From a bacterium (GTDB lineage Archaea; Thermoplasmatota; E2; JACPAO01; JAHFTW01), in assembly GCA_040390065.1 (NCBI GenBank), contig JAZJZE010000009.1, forward strand, positions 346,930 to 410,929: a stretch of 64,000 bases of DNA. The letters run 5' to 3'. The translations under genes were made by a program, and so were the position numbers. Shown here piece by piece: positions 28,582 through 37,401 of this stretch. The notes beneath the pieces are model-generated. The model ran no database searches. It was not told where the DNA came from and saw nothing but the letters and a program-made list of their open reading frames with translations. How positions within the stretch are numbered: position 1 is the first letter of the stretch; every line of letters begins with the position of its first letter.

Positions 28582-29739
28582 GTGACGAAGCGGCGGGTGA
28601 AGGCGAAAGCGAAGGGCCGCAGCCCCAAGGCCCCCGCCATCCACAAGTTCGCAGGCAAGCGCAAGCTGCGACCGGAACCCCGCGAAGAGCCGCTCGAGCC
28701 CAGGCGCGCGGCCGTCCACAAGTTCGCCGGGCGGAAAGCCGACGGCGCACCGGCGGCAAGCGCGCCGCCCGATGCCAAGCCCATGAACGCGCGACTCGCC
28801 GCCATGGCCGCAGCGAGCGCCGAAGTATCCGACGAGCCGGAGGTCAAGTCCAAGACGTCCCCGTCGGCCGCAAAGGGCGGCGTCGACTGGAAGGACCTGG
28901 AGGACGATGCCCCGGCCGCCAAGCCGCTGCAGAAGACGCTGCCGGTGGACGATGGCGAGCCCGTTCTCGTCAAGCCCAAGGCGGTGCAGACGGCGGAGGT
29001 CGACCCAGGCGTCCAGGTCGTGGCCAAGGGCGCAAGCAAGTTCAGCGCCGCCGACCTCGAGATGCTGCGCGCCAGCATCAAGGTGAAGGGCTCCGGGGCC
29101 GTCATCGAGGGCGTCAACCTCGACGAACTGAAATGGGATGGCGAAGGCCTGCTGCCCGTCGTCGCCCAGGACCGCCGCACGGGTGCCGTGCTGACGCTGG
29201 GCCACACGAACCGCGAGACGCTCGAGGCGACACTGCGCTCCAAGCAGATGACGTACTGGAACCGCAACACGGGCAAGCCCGTGACGCAAGGCCAGGAGTC
29301 GGGCCATCCCCAGCGCCTCGTCAAGCTCATGGTCGACTGCGACAAGGATTCCGTCCTGGCCCTCGTCGAACAGGACGGCCCCGCATGCCACCGCGACACG
29401 GGGACCTGCTGGACCGACGACCGCGCCGTGCCTCCCGCTGGCTTCCTCGGCGAGCTCGACCGCATCGTGAAGGAGCGTGCCAAGACGCCCGAAAAGGGCA
29501 GCAAGACGTCGGCGCTCCTGGCCGAACCCATCGAGGCGTTGCGGGCCTTCGTCGAGCAGGCAAACGAGCTCACGAAGATCGTGCAAGGCAAGTCCAAGGG
29601 CAGCATCGAGACCGGCGCGGCCGACCTCCTCTACAACCTGCTCGTGACGCTGCGCACGAAGGGCGTCGGCCTCGGCGAGGTGCTGACGGAACTGCAGGCG
29701 CAGCACATGGCATTGGAACTCAAGAAGCAGAAGGAATAG
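28582..29739 (+). CDS. hisIE: HisI phosphoribosyl-AMP cyclohydrolase + degenerate HisE domain, with ~175-aa low-complexity N-terminal extension
   Basis: GLLPVVAQD, GQESGHPQ, DCDKDS, GPACHRDTGTCW; AADLLYNLLV. Confidence 0.8.
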   Translation: MTKRRVKAKAKGRSPKAPAIHKFAGKRKLRPEPREEPLEPRRAAVHKFAGRKADGAPAASAPPDAKPMNARLAAMAAASAEVSDEPEVKSKTSPSAAKGGVDWKDLEDDAPAAKPLQKTLPVDDGEPVLVKPKAVQTAEVDPGVQVVAKGASKFSAADLEMLRASIKVKGSGAVIEGVNLDELKWDGEGLLPVVAQDRRTGAVLTLGHTNRETLEATLRSKQMTYWNRNTGKPVTQGQESGHPQRLVKLMVDCDKDSVLALVEQDGPACHRDTGTCWTDDRAVPPAGFLGELDRIVKERAKTPEKGSKTSALLAEPIEALRAFVEQANELTKIVQGKSKGSIETGAADLLYNLLVTLRTKGVGLGEVLTELQAQHMALELKKQKE

Positions 29740-29811
29740 GCGGGCGCAACGCAGGCGAGAACCTTCACCCCGCAAGGGCCGTTTCATAAGAGAGGGCGGA
29801 CTCGCCGACGC

Positions 29812-31941
29812 GTGGCTGCGTACTGCCCTCGCTGCAAAGGCCTCATGCGGCCACAGCAGGGCGCTCTCGTCTGCATCCGCTGCAGCGCGCAGGCACGCGC
29901 GCAGGCGGGTGGTCAGTCCACGCTCGCAGAAGGCGCTGGACTCGGCGGCCAGGCGCAGCGTGCCAGCCGCTTCGACCCGCCGATGACGCCGCAGGCAAGT
30001 TCGTGGACGCCGCACACCACCGGCCAGATGCATCCCCAGCTCGGCTTGTTCCCGCACGACGCCATCCGCGACTCGCAGTTGCGCCTGACGCGTGACGTCG
30101 CCTTGGCCGTGCAAGGGGGGCGTCACTTGGTCGCACAGGCGCCGACGGGGATCGGCAAGACCGCCGCCAGCCTCGCCCCCGCAATCCAGGAAGCCATCGC
30201 GGCCAAGAAGACGGTGCTTTTCCTGACAAGCCGGCAGAGCCAACACCGCATCGCCGTTGAGACGGTTCGCCTGATTCGCGACCGGCGCGGCGCAGCACTC
30301 AGCCTCGTCGACCTCGTCGCCAAACGCGACATGTGCCTGCGCCCTGAAGCCCGCGACATGCATCCCGGACGGTTCCCCGACTTCTGCGGCGCGGAGACGC
30401 GCAACAAGTCGTGCTCGTACCTCGGCGAGGTCGGCGATGACGTGCTGCGGCGTGTGCGCGACGGCGTCCTGCATGTCGAGGAACTCATGCACGTCTCCAA
30501 GCAGGCGCACCTCTGCCCCCACCTCGTCGCCCTGGAAGCCGCCAAGACCGCCCACGTCGTCGTCGCCGACTACAACCATTTGTTCTCCGACATCCGCGAA
30601 CAGTCCCTGCAGCGCCTTGGCTTGAAGCTGTCCGATTGCGTCGTCATCGTCGACGAGGCGCACAACCTCCCCGACCGCATCCGCCAAGGCCATAGCCACC
30701 GCGTGTCGCCGTTCCTGCTCGACCAGGTCGCTTCCGAGGCGCGCGACCAGAAAGCCCGCGACGTGGAGCGCGACATCGACGCCCTGCGGGAAGGACTCGC
30801 CGACCTTGCCGCACGAGCCGTGGCCGCCGGCACTGACGAGGCCGCCAAGCTCGGCTCCGACGAGCGCCGCGTCGCCCGCCTCGAGGTGGCGCAGTTGGGT
30901 GCGGCCTTCGAGGCGGCGCGCGGTCGCGGCCTACTCTCGACGCAGCGCGCCCTTGCCGACATGGCCACGGACCTTGGGCGGCTAGCGGCGAAGGTGCGCA
31001 AGGGAACCGATTCCGTGGTGCACGCCGAGGAATTGCAGGAGGCCCTAGAGGACTGGGCTCGCTTTGGCGGCGGCGCGTTGCGCTTCGTCGAATGGGATGG
31101 GGGCGGGCCGCCCACGCTGCAGCTGCGTCTGCTGGATCCAGGCATCCCCGCCCGCATGGTCTTCCAAGGCGTGCACTCGGCGATCCTGATGAGCGGCACG
31201 CTACGGCCACCAGAGATGGTGCGCGACCTGTTGGGCCTCGACGCGGCCCGCACGACCGTGCGTTCGTATGCAAGCCCGTTCCCGCCAGAGCACCGCCTCG
31301 TCGTCGTGGCGCAGGGCGTCACCACACGCTTTGCCGACCGCGGGCCGGACCTGTGGCGGCGCATCGGCGACATGATCGCGCAAACGGCGCAGGCCGCGCG
31401 CGGCAACCTTGCGGTCTTCTGCCCGAGCTACGCGGTGCTGCGCGACGTGCGTGACGCCGTGGATGCCGTCGGCACCGACAAGGAGGCAGTCGTGGAGGAC
31501 CCCGACTGGGGCAAGGGCGACCGCGACCGCGTCCTCGATACGCTAGAGGGGGCCCGGCGCCGCAAGGGCGCCATCCTCTTCGGCGTGCTTGGCGGTTCAC
31601 TTGCCGAGGGCATCGACTTCCGCGACAACCTGCTGTCCGCCGTCGTCGTGGTGGGGCTGCCCCTGGCACCGCCCGACCTCGAGGTCGATGCTACAATCCG
31701 GTACTTGGAGGGCCGCTTCCCGGGCCGCGGCCGAGCCTACGGCTACACCTATCCGGCCGTGAACAAGGTCCTGCAGGCGATGGGGCGCCCCATCCGCAGC
31801 GCCACGGACAAGTGCGCCGTCCTGCTGCTCGACGAGCGCTTCCTCGGGCCGCCCTACCGCGACTTGTTGCCCGACGGCATCGTTGCGACGGCCAATCCGG
31901 CGGGGACCGTCAAACCGTTCCTTGCGGCCCACGGCCTCTGA
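29812..31941 (+). CDS. xpd: XPD/Rad3-family Fe-S DNA helicase with N-terminal Zn ribbon
   Basis: QAPTGIGKT, four Fe-S Cys, DYNH, DEAHN, MSGTL, EGIDF, QAMGRPIRS. Confidence 0.93.
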   Translation: MAAYCPRCKGLMRPQQGALVCIRCSAQARAQAGGQSTLAEGAGLGGQAQRASRFDPPMTPQASSWTPHTTGQMHPQLGLFPHDAIRDSQLRLTRDVALAVQGGRHLVAQAPTGIGKTAASLAPAIQEAIAAKKTVLFLTSRQSQHRIAVETVRLIRDRRGAALSLVDLVAKRDMCLRPEARDMHPGRFPDFCGAETRNKSCSYLGEVGDDVLRRVRDGVLHVEELMHVSKQAHLCPHLVALEAAKTAHVVVADYNHLFSDIREQSLQRLGLKLSDCVVIVDEAHNLPDRIRQGHSHRVSPFLLDQVASEARDQKARDVERDIDALREGLADLAARAVAAGTDEAAKLGSDERRVARLEVAQLGAAFEAARGRGLLSTQRALADMATDLGRLAAKVRKGTDSVVHAEELQEALEDWARFGGGALRFVEWDGGGPPTLQLRLLDPGIPARMVFQGVHSAILMSGTLRPPEMVRDLLGLDAARTTVRSYASPFPPEHRLVVVAQGVTTRFADRGPDLWRRIGDMIAQTAQAARGNLAVFCPSYAVLRDVRDAVDAVGTDKEAVVEDPDWGKGDRDRVLDTLEGARRRKGAILFGVLGGSLAEGIDFRDNLLSAVVVVGLPLAPPDLEVDATIRYLEGRFPGRGRAYGYTYPAVNKVLQAMGRPIRSATDKCAVLLLDERFLGPPYRDLLPDGIVATANPAGTVKPFLAAHGL

Positions 31942-32611
31942 GCGGACGGCACAGGACAAGCCAGGCCACGGCGGCAACGAGCATGAGCGCGACGGACTCG
32001 ACCTTCAGCAAGGCGTCGCCGCCCCAATGCACGACGTCGTCCGCGCGGGCATCGACGAATGGTGCCGGATGCCAGTGCGGGCCCCAGTAGTCGATGGCGA
32101 CGAAGAGCGCAAGCAGCGCCAGCACGCCCGCGACACCGGCGGGGCTCCACTTGTCGCGCCGCATGTCTTGCGTCAGGATCAGTGACTGCAACGGCATGCC
32201 CATGTGCGTGACGAACAGCAACGTGTTGGCGCCGCCGGCATACGTGCCCATGGTCGACGAGTACGACAAGAAGAGCGCGGTCGTCCACAAGCCGACGTAG
32301 ATGTTGAGCGTGAAGGCGGCGGCGTCCAGGGCCTTGCTGCGCCACCCGGCGAAGCGGTACAGAAGCAGGGCTGCGAAGATGACCAGGACCGCATTCGGCG
32401 AGTCGGCCACGAGGGGCCACGCCCAGAACGGCGTGCAGTACTGCTCGGCACCGGCGCCGCACAGCGGATGCGCCAAGTCGAACTGGCCGACGTCCGCGTA
32501 GTAGTACCAGCCGCCCACGATGCCGGCGACGTCCGCCAAGGCGATGAGCAGCAGGAGCCGGCCGTCGAGCTTGAAGCGGTTGGCCCACGCGAAGAAGGAT
32601 TCGAGGCCCAT
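31910..32611 (-). CDS. DUF1405-family membrane protein
   Basis: GWYYY, WPLVADSPNA, GLWT, DYW. Confidence 0.75.
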   Translation of the reverse strand: MGLESFFAWANRFKLDGRLLLLIALADVAGIVGGWYYYADVGQFDLAHPLCGAGAEQYCTPFWAWPLVADSPNAVLVIFAALLLYRFAGWRSKALDAAAFTLNIYVGLWTTALFLSYSSTMGTYAGGANTLLFVTHMGMPLQSLILTQDMRRDKWSPAGVAGVLALLALFVAIDYWGPHWHPAPFVDARADDVVHWGGDALLKVESVALMLVAAVAWLVLCRPLRGRGPQGTV

Positions 32612-32651
32612 GGTCGGGCCACGACGGCGCCGAGGAAAACCGTTGGGGCAA

Positions 32652-32966
32652 TCAGACGCTGTACGGATGGCTGCCCGTGCATTCGACCTTGGTCAGGTCG
32701 CACGTGTCGTACCAGCCAGAAGGCGGCAGGCACGGCGCCATGGGGCAGAGCGGGACTTCCTGGCAGACCGCCTGCGAGGGATCGCCTGCGAAGACGCACT
32801 CCTGGTGCGTCGTGGTCCCGTCCGAGCATGTGGCGCTCGGGGCGACACAGTAGCCGACGCAAGTGTCGGTGGACAGGCAGTCGGATGCCGATGCAACGGG
32901 TGCGACGGCGGCGGCGAGACTCGCGGCGGCGAGGGCCAGGGGCAAGAGGTGGCGTGTGAGGCGCAT
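32652..32966 (-). CDS. Small secreted Cys-rich protein (10 Cys)
   Basis: Signal peptide MRLTRHLLPLALAAASLAAAVAPVASA then ~77-aa mature region with 10 Cys. Confidence 0.7.
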   Translation of the reverse strand: MRLTRHLLPLALAAASLAAAVAPVASASDCLSTDTCVGYCVAPSATCSDGTTTHQECVFAGDPSQAVCQEVPLCPMAPCLPPSGWYDTCDLTKVECTGSHPYSV

Positions 32967-33139
32967 GGATGCACTGACTCCGCGGCATGATCGGCCTGGA
33001 CGCCTAAGCCCTTGTGGGCCGATTCCTACGCGCCGCCACCCGTGGGCCGCCCCGCGTCGCCGTGCGAAACCGTTTAGACCCCGTGCGCCCGCTAGCCGCC
33101 GTGGACGGACCCTCCCCGGAACGCACTGCGCTGACGCCG

Positions 33140-33406
33140 ATGCTGGAGGAGCTTCGCCTGAGCCGCAACCGGCTCTGGTTGGCCTTTGCCGCCATGGTGG
33201 CCGTCTGCGTGGCCTCCTTCGTCGTCGCCAGCGCCGTCTTCCACTGCGAGTACCACTTGCCGTGCACGACGGCGCAGGACGCCTGGGATGGTGGCCTGTC
33301 ACTGGTCGCTCTGATCACGTTGGCACTTGCACCCATCCTCCTGGTCTTTGCCGTTCGCGCCCAGGCGCGTTTCCAGAAGATCTTCAACGAGCAGGCGGCG
33401 CGCTGA
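33140..33406 (+). CDS. Small two-TM membrane protein
   Basis: Two hydrophobic helices with CEYHLPC loop. Confidence 0.6.
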   Translation: MLEELRLSRNRLWLAFAAMVAVCVASFVVASAVFHCEYHLPCTTAQDAWDGGLSLVALITLALAPILLVFAVRAQARFQKIFNEQAAR

Positions 33407-33435
33407 GCCAACCGACAGCAGACGCCGGGGCAAAG

Positions 33436-33519
33436 TGCGGGGGCCCGGATTTGAACCGAGGAATCACGAAGAGCCCGATCTTAAGTCGGGTGCCGTTGGC
33501 CGAGCTTGGCTACCCCCGC
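33436..33519 (-). tRNA. tRNA-Leu (TAA)
   Basis: GCGGGGGTAGCCAAGC..CCCGA-CTTAAGA-TCGGG..long variable arm..GGTTCAAATCC..CCCCCGCA. Confidence 0.93.
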
Positions 33520-33677
33520 AGGACGCCTATGCAAAGGCCGGTAAGCGGGGGGAAGGCACACGTGGCCATGGGGTTCGGCCATCCAAAAGGGTTGCCATCG
33601 CGTTTCGGCCCGTTCGCAGGGTTTATCCGAGAGGCCTAAGTCGGCCGCGCCTGGGCCCCTTCGGGGTTCCGCATCAT

Positions 33678-33750
33678 GCCGCCTTAGCTTAGCTGGTGGA
33701 GCATCAGACTGTTAATCTGAGGGTCGTTGGTTCGAATCCGACAGGCGGCG
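33678..33750 (+). tRNA. tRNA-Asn (GTT)
   Basis: GCCGCCTTAGCTTAGCTGG..TCAGA-CTGTTAA-TCTGA..GGTTCGAATCC..AGGCGGCG; no encoded CCA. Confidence 0.96.
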
Positions 33751-33767
33751 TCGACACGGATGGGGGC

Positions 33768-34079
33768 TTACGCCTCGACCGCGAAGTGTTCGAGCACGGG
33801 GAAGACCGGCCGGATGGATCCGAGCTGATCGCGTTCGGCCAGGAAGTCTGCGAGGAACTGGGCTGCAGCGCGCAGTCCGGCCCCGTCGTCGTCCCATGAG
33901 GCAAGCGCGGCGGCGAGCACGGCCTCGGGCCCGCTTCTCGCATGCGCTCCGAGACGAGCCGCCGTGTCCTCGGCGTGGGCGAGGAAGCGGGGGCTTGCCC
34001 GCAGCGCCATGCCGCCGCGGCCGCGGCCGTATTCGAGCACGCCGGCGTGGGCGAGGCCAGAGAGAAGGTGGGAGCGCAT
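33768..34079 (-). CDS. Hypothetical protein
   Basis: Fills intergenic gap; CCTTAAGG TATA-like box ~25 nt upstream. Confidence 0.55.
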   Translation of the reverse strand: MRSHLLSGLAHAGVLEYGRGRGGMALRASPRFLAHAEDTAARLGAHARSGPEAVLAAALASWDDDGAGLRAAAQFLADFLAERDQLGSIRPVFPVLEHFAVEA

Positions 34080-34203
34080 GCTTGCATCAAACCCTGGGCA
34101 ACCTTAAGGAGCGTCGGCCAGAGGTTGGTGAAAGGACTCTCTGGCCTGCTCCTGATTCGCCCCCGCCGCCCCCCTTTTATCGCCCCCGGCTCTCGACGGT
34201 CCC

Positions 34204-35343
34204 GTGCAGGCCGAGGGCTGGAGCAAGTCGAAGGTCATGCGCGAGCTCAGACGCGCACGAAAAGAGGACGCGACCTTCGCCGACGGCAGCATCATGGGCT
34301 CGATGTGCACGGCGCCCCACGAGGTCGCTGGCGCCGCCCACGCCTTGTATTCCGAGGTCAACCTGGGCGACCCCGCGCACTTCCCCGGCTCGGCCCGGCT
34401 GGAACGCGAAGCCCTCGCGGACATGCTGCAGCTCTTCAACGCGCCGCGTGGGGCAGAAGCCCGCTTCACGTCAGGCGGAACCGAGGCCAACATCCTAGCC
34501 TGCTGGATTGCCCGCGAGAAGACCAAGCGGCGCCAAGTCATCGTGCCGGCATCGGCGCACTTCAGCTTCGAGAAAGCGGCCCGCCTCCTCGAGATGCAAC
34601 TCGTCACCGTCCCGACGGATGCCGCCGGCCACGCCGACCCCGCCGCCATGGCGAAGGCCGTCGGCCCCGACACGGCCCTCATGCTGGTCATCGCGGGCAC
34701 GACGGAACTCGGCCTCGTCGACCCGGTCGAGGAGATTGCCAAATGGTGCGCCCGCAACGAGGTCCTGCTGCATGTCGATGCGGCCTACGGTGGCTACCTC
34801 CTGCCCTTCATGGAGGAGGCCGGCCGCAAACCCGCGCGCTTCGACCTGGGACTCGCGGGCGTCTGGAGCCTCGCGGTCGACCCGCACAAGGGCGCCATGG
34901 CCACGATTCCGGCTGGCGTCCTGATGCTGCGCGACGGCCGCGACTGGGCGCGGACGGCCGTCAAGTCGCCGTACGTCTCCACGGACACCCAGTCGACGCT
35001 CTCTGGCACGCGCCCCGGCTCCGCGGCGGCGGCGACCTGGGCCGTCCACCGCCACCTGGGCCGCGCGGGCTTGGCCGGCCTTGCCGAAACCTGCCTGGAC
35101 AACGCCGCATACCTGGCTGCGCGGCTACCCGAACTCGGCTGCGAGTTGGTGGCCTCCCCCGAATTGGCCGTCGTCACCTTCCGCGCTGCTGACCCCGCGG
35201 GTCTCGCCGCCGAACTTGCAACCCGGGGCTTCCGCCTCAACGTGATTCCCCGCTTCTCCGCGCTGCGCATCGTCGTGCAGCCCCACGTGACGCGCAAGAC
35301 CATCGACGCGTTCCTGGTCGAGTTGGAGGCGTGCCTGCCGTGA
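34204..35343 (+). CDS. mfnA: PLP-dependent tyrosine/aspartate decarboxylase
   Basis: IMGSMCTAPH, NLGDP..FPG, TSGGTEAN, HVDAAYGG, DPHK, GTRPG. Confidence 0.92.
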   Translation: MQAEGWSKSKVMRELRRARKEDATFADGSIMGSMCTAPHEVAGAAHALYSEVNLGDPAHFPGSARLEREALADMLQLFNAPRGAEARFTSGGTEANILACWIAREKTKRRQVIVPASAHFSFEKAARLLEMQLVTVPTDAAGHADPAAMAKAVGPDTALMLVIAGTTELGLVDPVEEIAKWCARNEVLLHVDAAYGGYLLPFMEEAGRKPARFDLGLAGVWSLAVDPHKGAMATIPAGVLMLRDGRDWARTAVKSPYVSTDTQSTLSGTRPGSAAAATWAVHRHLGRAGLAGLAETCLDNAAYLAARLPELGCELVASPELAVVTFRAADPAGLAAELATRGFRLNVIPRFSALRIVVQPHVTRKTIDAFLVELEACLP

Positions 35344-35996
35344 AGGCCCGCCGCCCGGCGCGCACGAAATCCAAGCCCCAGGCCAAGGCCAAGCCACGTT
35401 CCAAGCCGGCCTCGCCTGCAAAGCGGACGGCCCGCCCGTCGGACGTCGTCGACCGCAGCCTCCTCGAGGCCGAAGTCATGAAGCGCAAGGGCTACCCCTA
35501 CGTCATCCACCCGCTGATGGACGGCGTGCCGCGCGTCCAGCCGGAACTCCTGCGGACATGGGTGACATGGGCCGCCCAGCAACGCGACATCCTGGCCGGC
35601 GCGACCCTCCTTCTTGCCCCCGAAGCGATGGGATTGCCGTTGGCTGCCGGCCTCTCCCTCGAGACCGGCATCCCGTACGCCGTCATCCGCAAGCGGCGCT
35701 ACGACCTTCCAGGCGAGGAAGTCGCCTTCGCGGAGACGGGCTACGGCGAAGCCGCCCTGCACATCAACGACGCCTGGCCCGACGACCGCGTCGTCATCGT
35801 CGACGACGTGGTCAGCACCGGCGGAACCCTCCGCGGCATCCTCACGACGCTCGAAGCCATGGGCATCAAGGCGCTGGGCGTCCTCGTCTTCGTGGACAAA
35901 ACAGGCAAGGCGGCCTCCGTCGCCAAGCAGCACGCGCTCCCGGTCCGGGCGATGCGGGCCATCCGCGTCGACGGCGACAAAGTGGCCCTGCGCTAA
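35340..35996 (+). CDS. hpt: Archaeal hypoxanthine/guanine phosphoribosyltransferase
   Basis: YPYVIHPLMDGVP, EAMGLP, IRKRRYDLPGE, TGYG, VDDVVSTGGT. Confidence 0.9.
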   Translation: MKARRPARTKSKPQAKAKPRSKPASPAKRTARPSDVVDRSLLEAEVMKRKGYPYVIHPLMDGVPRVQPELLRTWVTWAAQQRDILAGATLLLAPEAMGLPLAAGLSLETGIPYAVIRKRRYDLPGEEVAFAETGYGEAALHINDAWPDDRVVIVDDVVSTGGTLRGILTTLEAMGIKALGVLVFVDKTGKAASVAKQHALPVRAMRAIRVDGDKVALR

Positions 35997-36373
35997 CGCG
36001 TCGACTGCACGAGGCCGAGCGTGTTGCCCTCGGGGTCTCGGAAGTACGCCGTGAAGCCAACGCCAGGCACGGACTCCTTGCCGCGCACGACCTTTCCGCC
36101 ATTCGCTTCCACCTCGCGCAGTGACTTGCCGATGTCGGCGACCTGGATGGTCACAATCGGCGCTTGCACGAAGGCCTGCCGCTGCATCATCCCGCCGTTG
36201 ATGTTCCCCGGCGTGCCGACCATGCCCTGCGCGTCAGTCGGCGTCGTGTGAAAGAGGGTGTAGGCCATGCCGGGCACGGAGTTGACCTTCCAGCCGAAGG
36301 CCTTGCTGTAGAAGCGCTGGGCGCGCTCGACGTTGTCGGCGGGCAACTCGAAGTGGACGACTGGGTCAGCCAT
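35993..36373 (-). CDS. VOC/glyoxalase family protein
   Basis: VVHFELPADNVERAQRFY, INGG, YFRDPEGN. Confidence 0.92.
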   Translation of the reverse strand: MADPVVHFELPADNVERAQRFYSKAFGWKVNSVPGMAYTLFHTTPTDAQGMVGTPGNINGGMMQRQAFVQAPIVTIQVADIGKSLREVEANGGKVVRGKESVPGVGFTAYFRDPEGNTLGLVQSTR

Positions 36374-36478
36374 AGGACACCATGGCGGTCAAGGGCTTGG
36401 GGTTCGTAAACGCGCGGGCCGGTACGGCCGTCGCCGCGATGCGCACGTAGAAAAACCGGCCAACACGACACACAAGCG

Positions 36479-36853
36479 ATGCTTCGCACATTCGCACCCA
36501 CCTTGGCCCTCGTGGCCCTTGCCGGCTGCGTTTTCGGGGGCGGTGACTCCGGCGGCGCCGCAGACGTCTCCTACGACGGCACTGACAACGGCACGCACTC
36601 GGAAACCGCGCGCTGCAACTCGGACGGCACGCTCACCGGCTCAGGCAAGATCGACAACGGCCAGGTGCGCATCACCGTGACCGACGGCAGCGGCAACCAG
36701 ATGTTCAGCAACACCTACTCGTCCTCCTTCGACGCCGGCGCCGAGTCGATGCACGGCGCCTCCGGCGGCTGGACCGTGCAAGCGGTGCGCAGCGGCTCCG
36801 GCCTCGTCGGAACCCCCTTCAGCGGAAACTACCACTTCCACCTCGCCTGCTAG
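36479..36853 (+). CDS. Small lipoprotein
   Basis: LAGC lipobox; beta-rich domain. Confidence 0.75.
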   Translation: MLRTFAPTLALVALAGCVFGGGDSGGAADVSYDGTDNGTHSETARCNSDGTLTGSGKIDNGQVRITVTDGSGNQMFSNTYSSSFDAGAESMHGASGGWTVQAVRSGSGLVGTPFSGNYHFHLAC

Positions 36854-36921
36854 ACCCCCTCACCGCGGACACGACCTCCAAATAGTTCTCCGGGTTCCGT
36901 AGGACGCGGATAGGTGACCCG

Positions 36922-37389
36922 TTGAGCCCCAAGACGAGCAAAGGCAGCGCCGCCTTCGCGGCCGAGATGGCGGCGATCAAGGCCGAGAAGCGGGCCGCCT
37001 GGGACCTCGGCCGCCTCGAACGCGTCCGCCGCATCTGCATGGAGTACCCCGGCGTCGTCGAGGTCGAACAATTCGGCGAACCCTGGTGGAAGGTCGGCAA
37101 GAAGCCCTTCGCCTCGTACGGCGCGGAGAACGTGCGCGACGGCATGGCCTTCAACGTCACCCTCATGGACCAGAGCCAACTCCTCGAGGATCCGCGCTTC
37201 GAGCGCACGCACTACATCGGCCAACACGGCTGGACGACCATGGTCTTCGGCAAGAAGGTCGACTGGGCCGAAGTCGAAGAACTGGTCGACATCGCGTACC
37301 GCAAGGTGGCGCCCAAGCGGCTGACAGCGACCTTGGATCTCCGGCCACCCGAGGAACGCGCCACTGTGGACACCGTTGCGCGCCGCTGA
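36922..37389 (+). CDS. MmcQ/YjbR family DNA-binding protein
   Basis: FGEPWWKVGKKPFA, HYIGQHGW, VDWAEVEELVDIAYRKVAPK. Confidence 0.88.
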   Translation: MSPKTSKGSAAFAAEMAAIKAEKRAAWDLGRLERVRRICMEYPGVVEVEQFGEPWWKVGKKPFASYGAENVRDGMAFNVTLMDQSQLLEDPRFERTHYIGQHGWTTMVFGKKVDWAEVEELVDIAYRKVAPKRLTATLDLRPPEERATVDTVARR

Positions 37390-37401
37390 CGGTCGGCCGC
37401 G

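Noticed and set aside
33436-33800. tRNA-anchored integrated element or tRNA introns
   Set aside because: No integrase, no duplicated tRNA 3' end seen, and anticodon loops are uninterrupted
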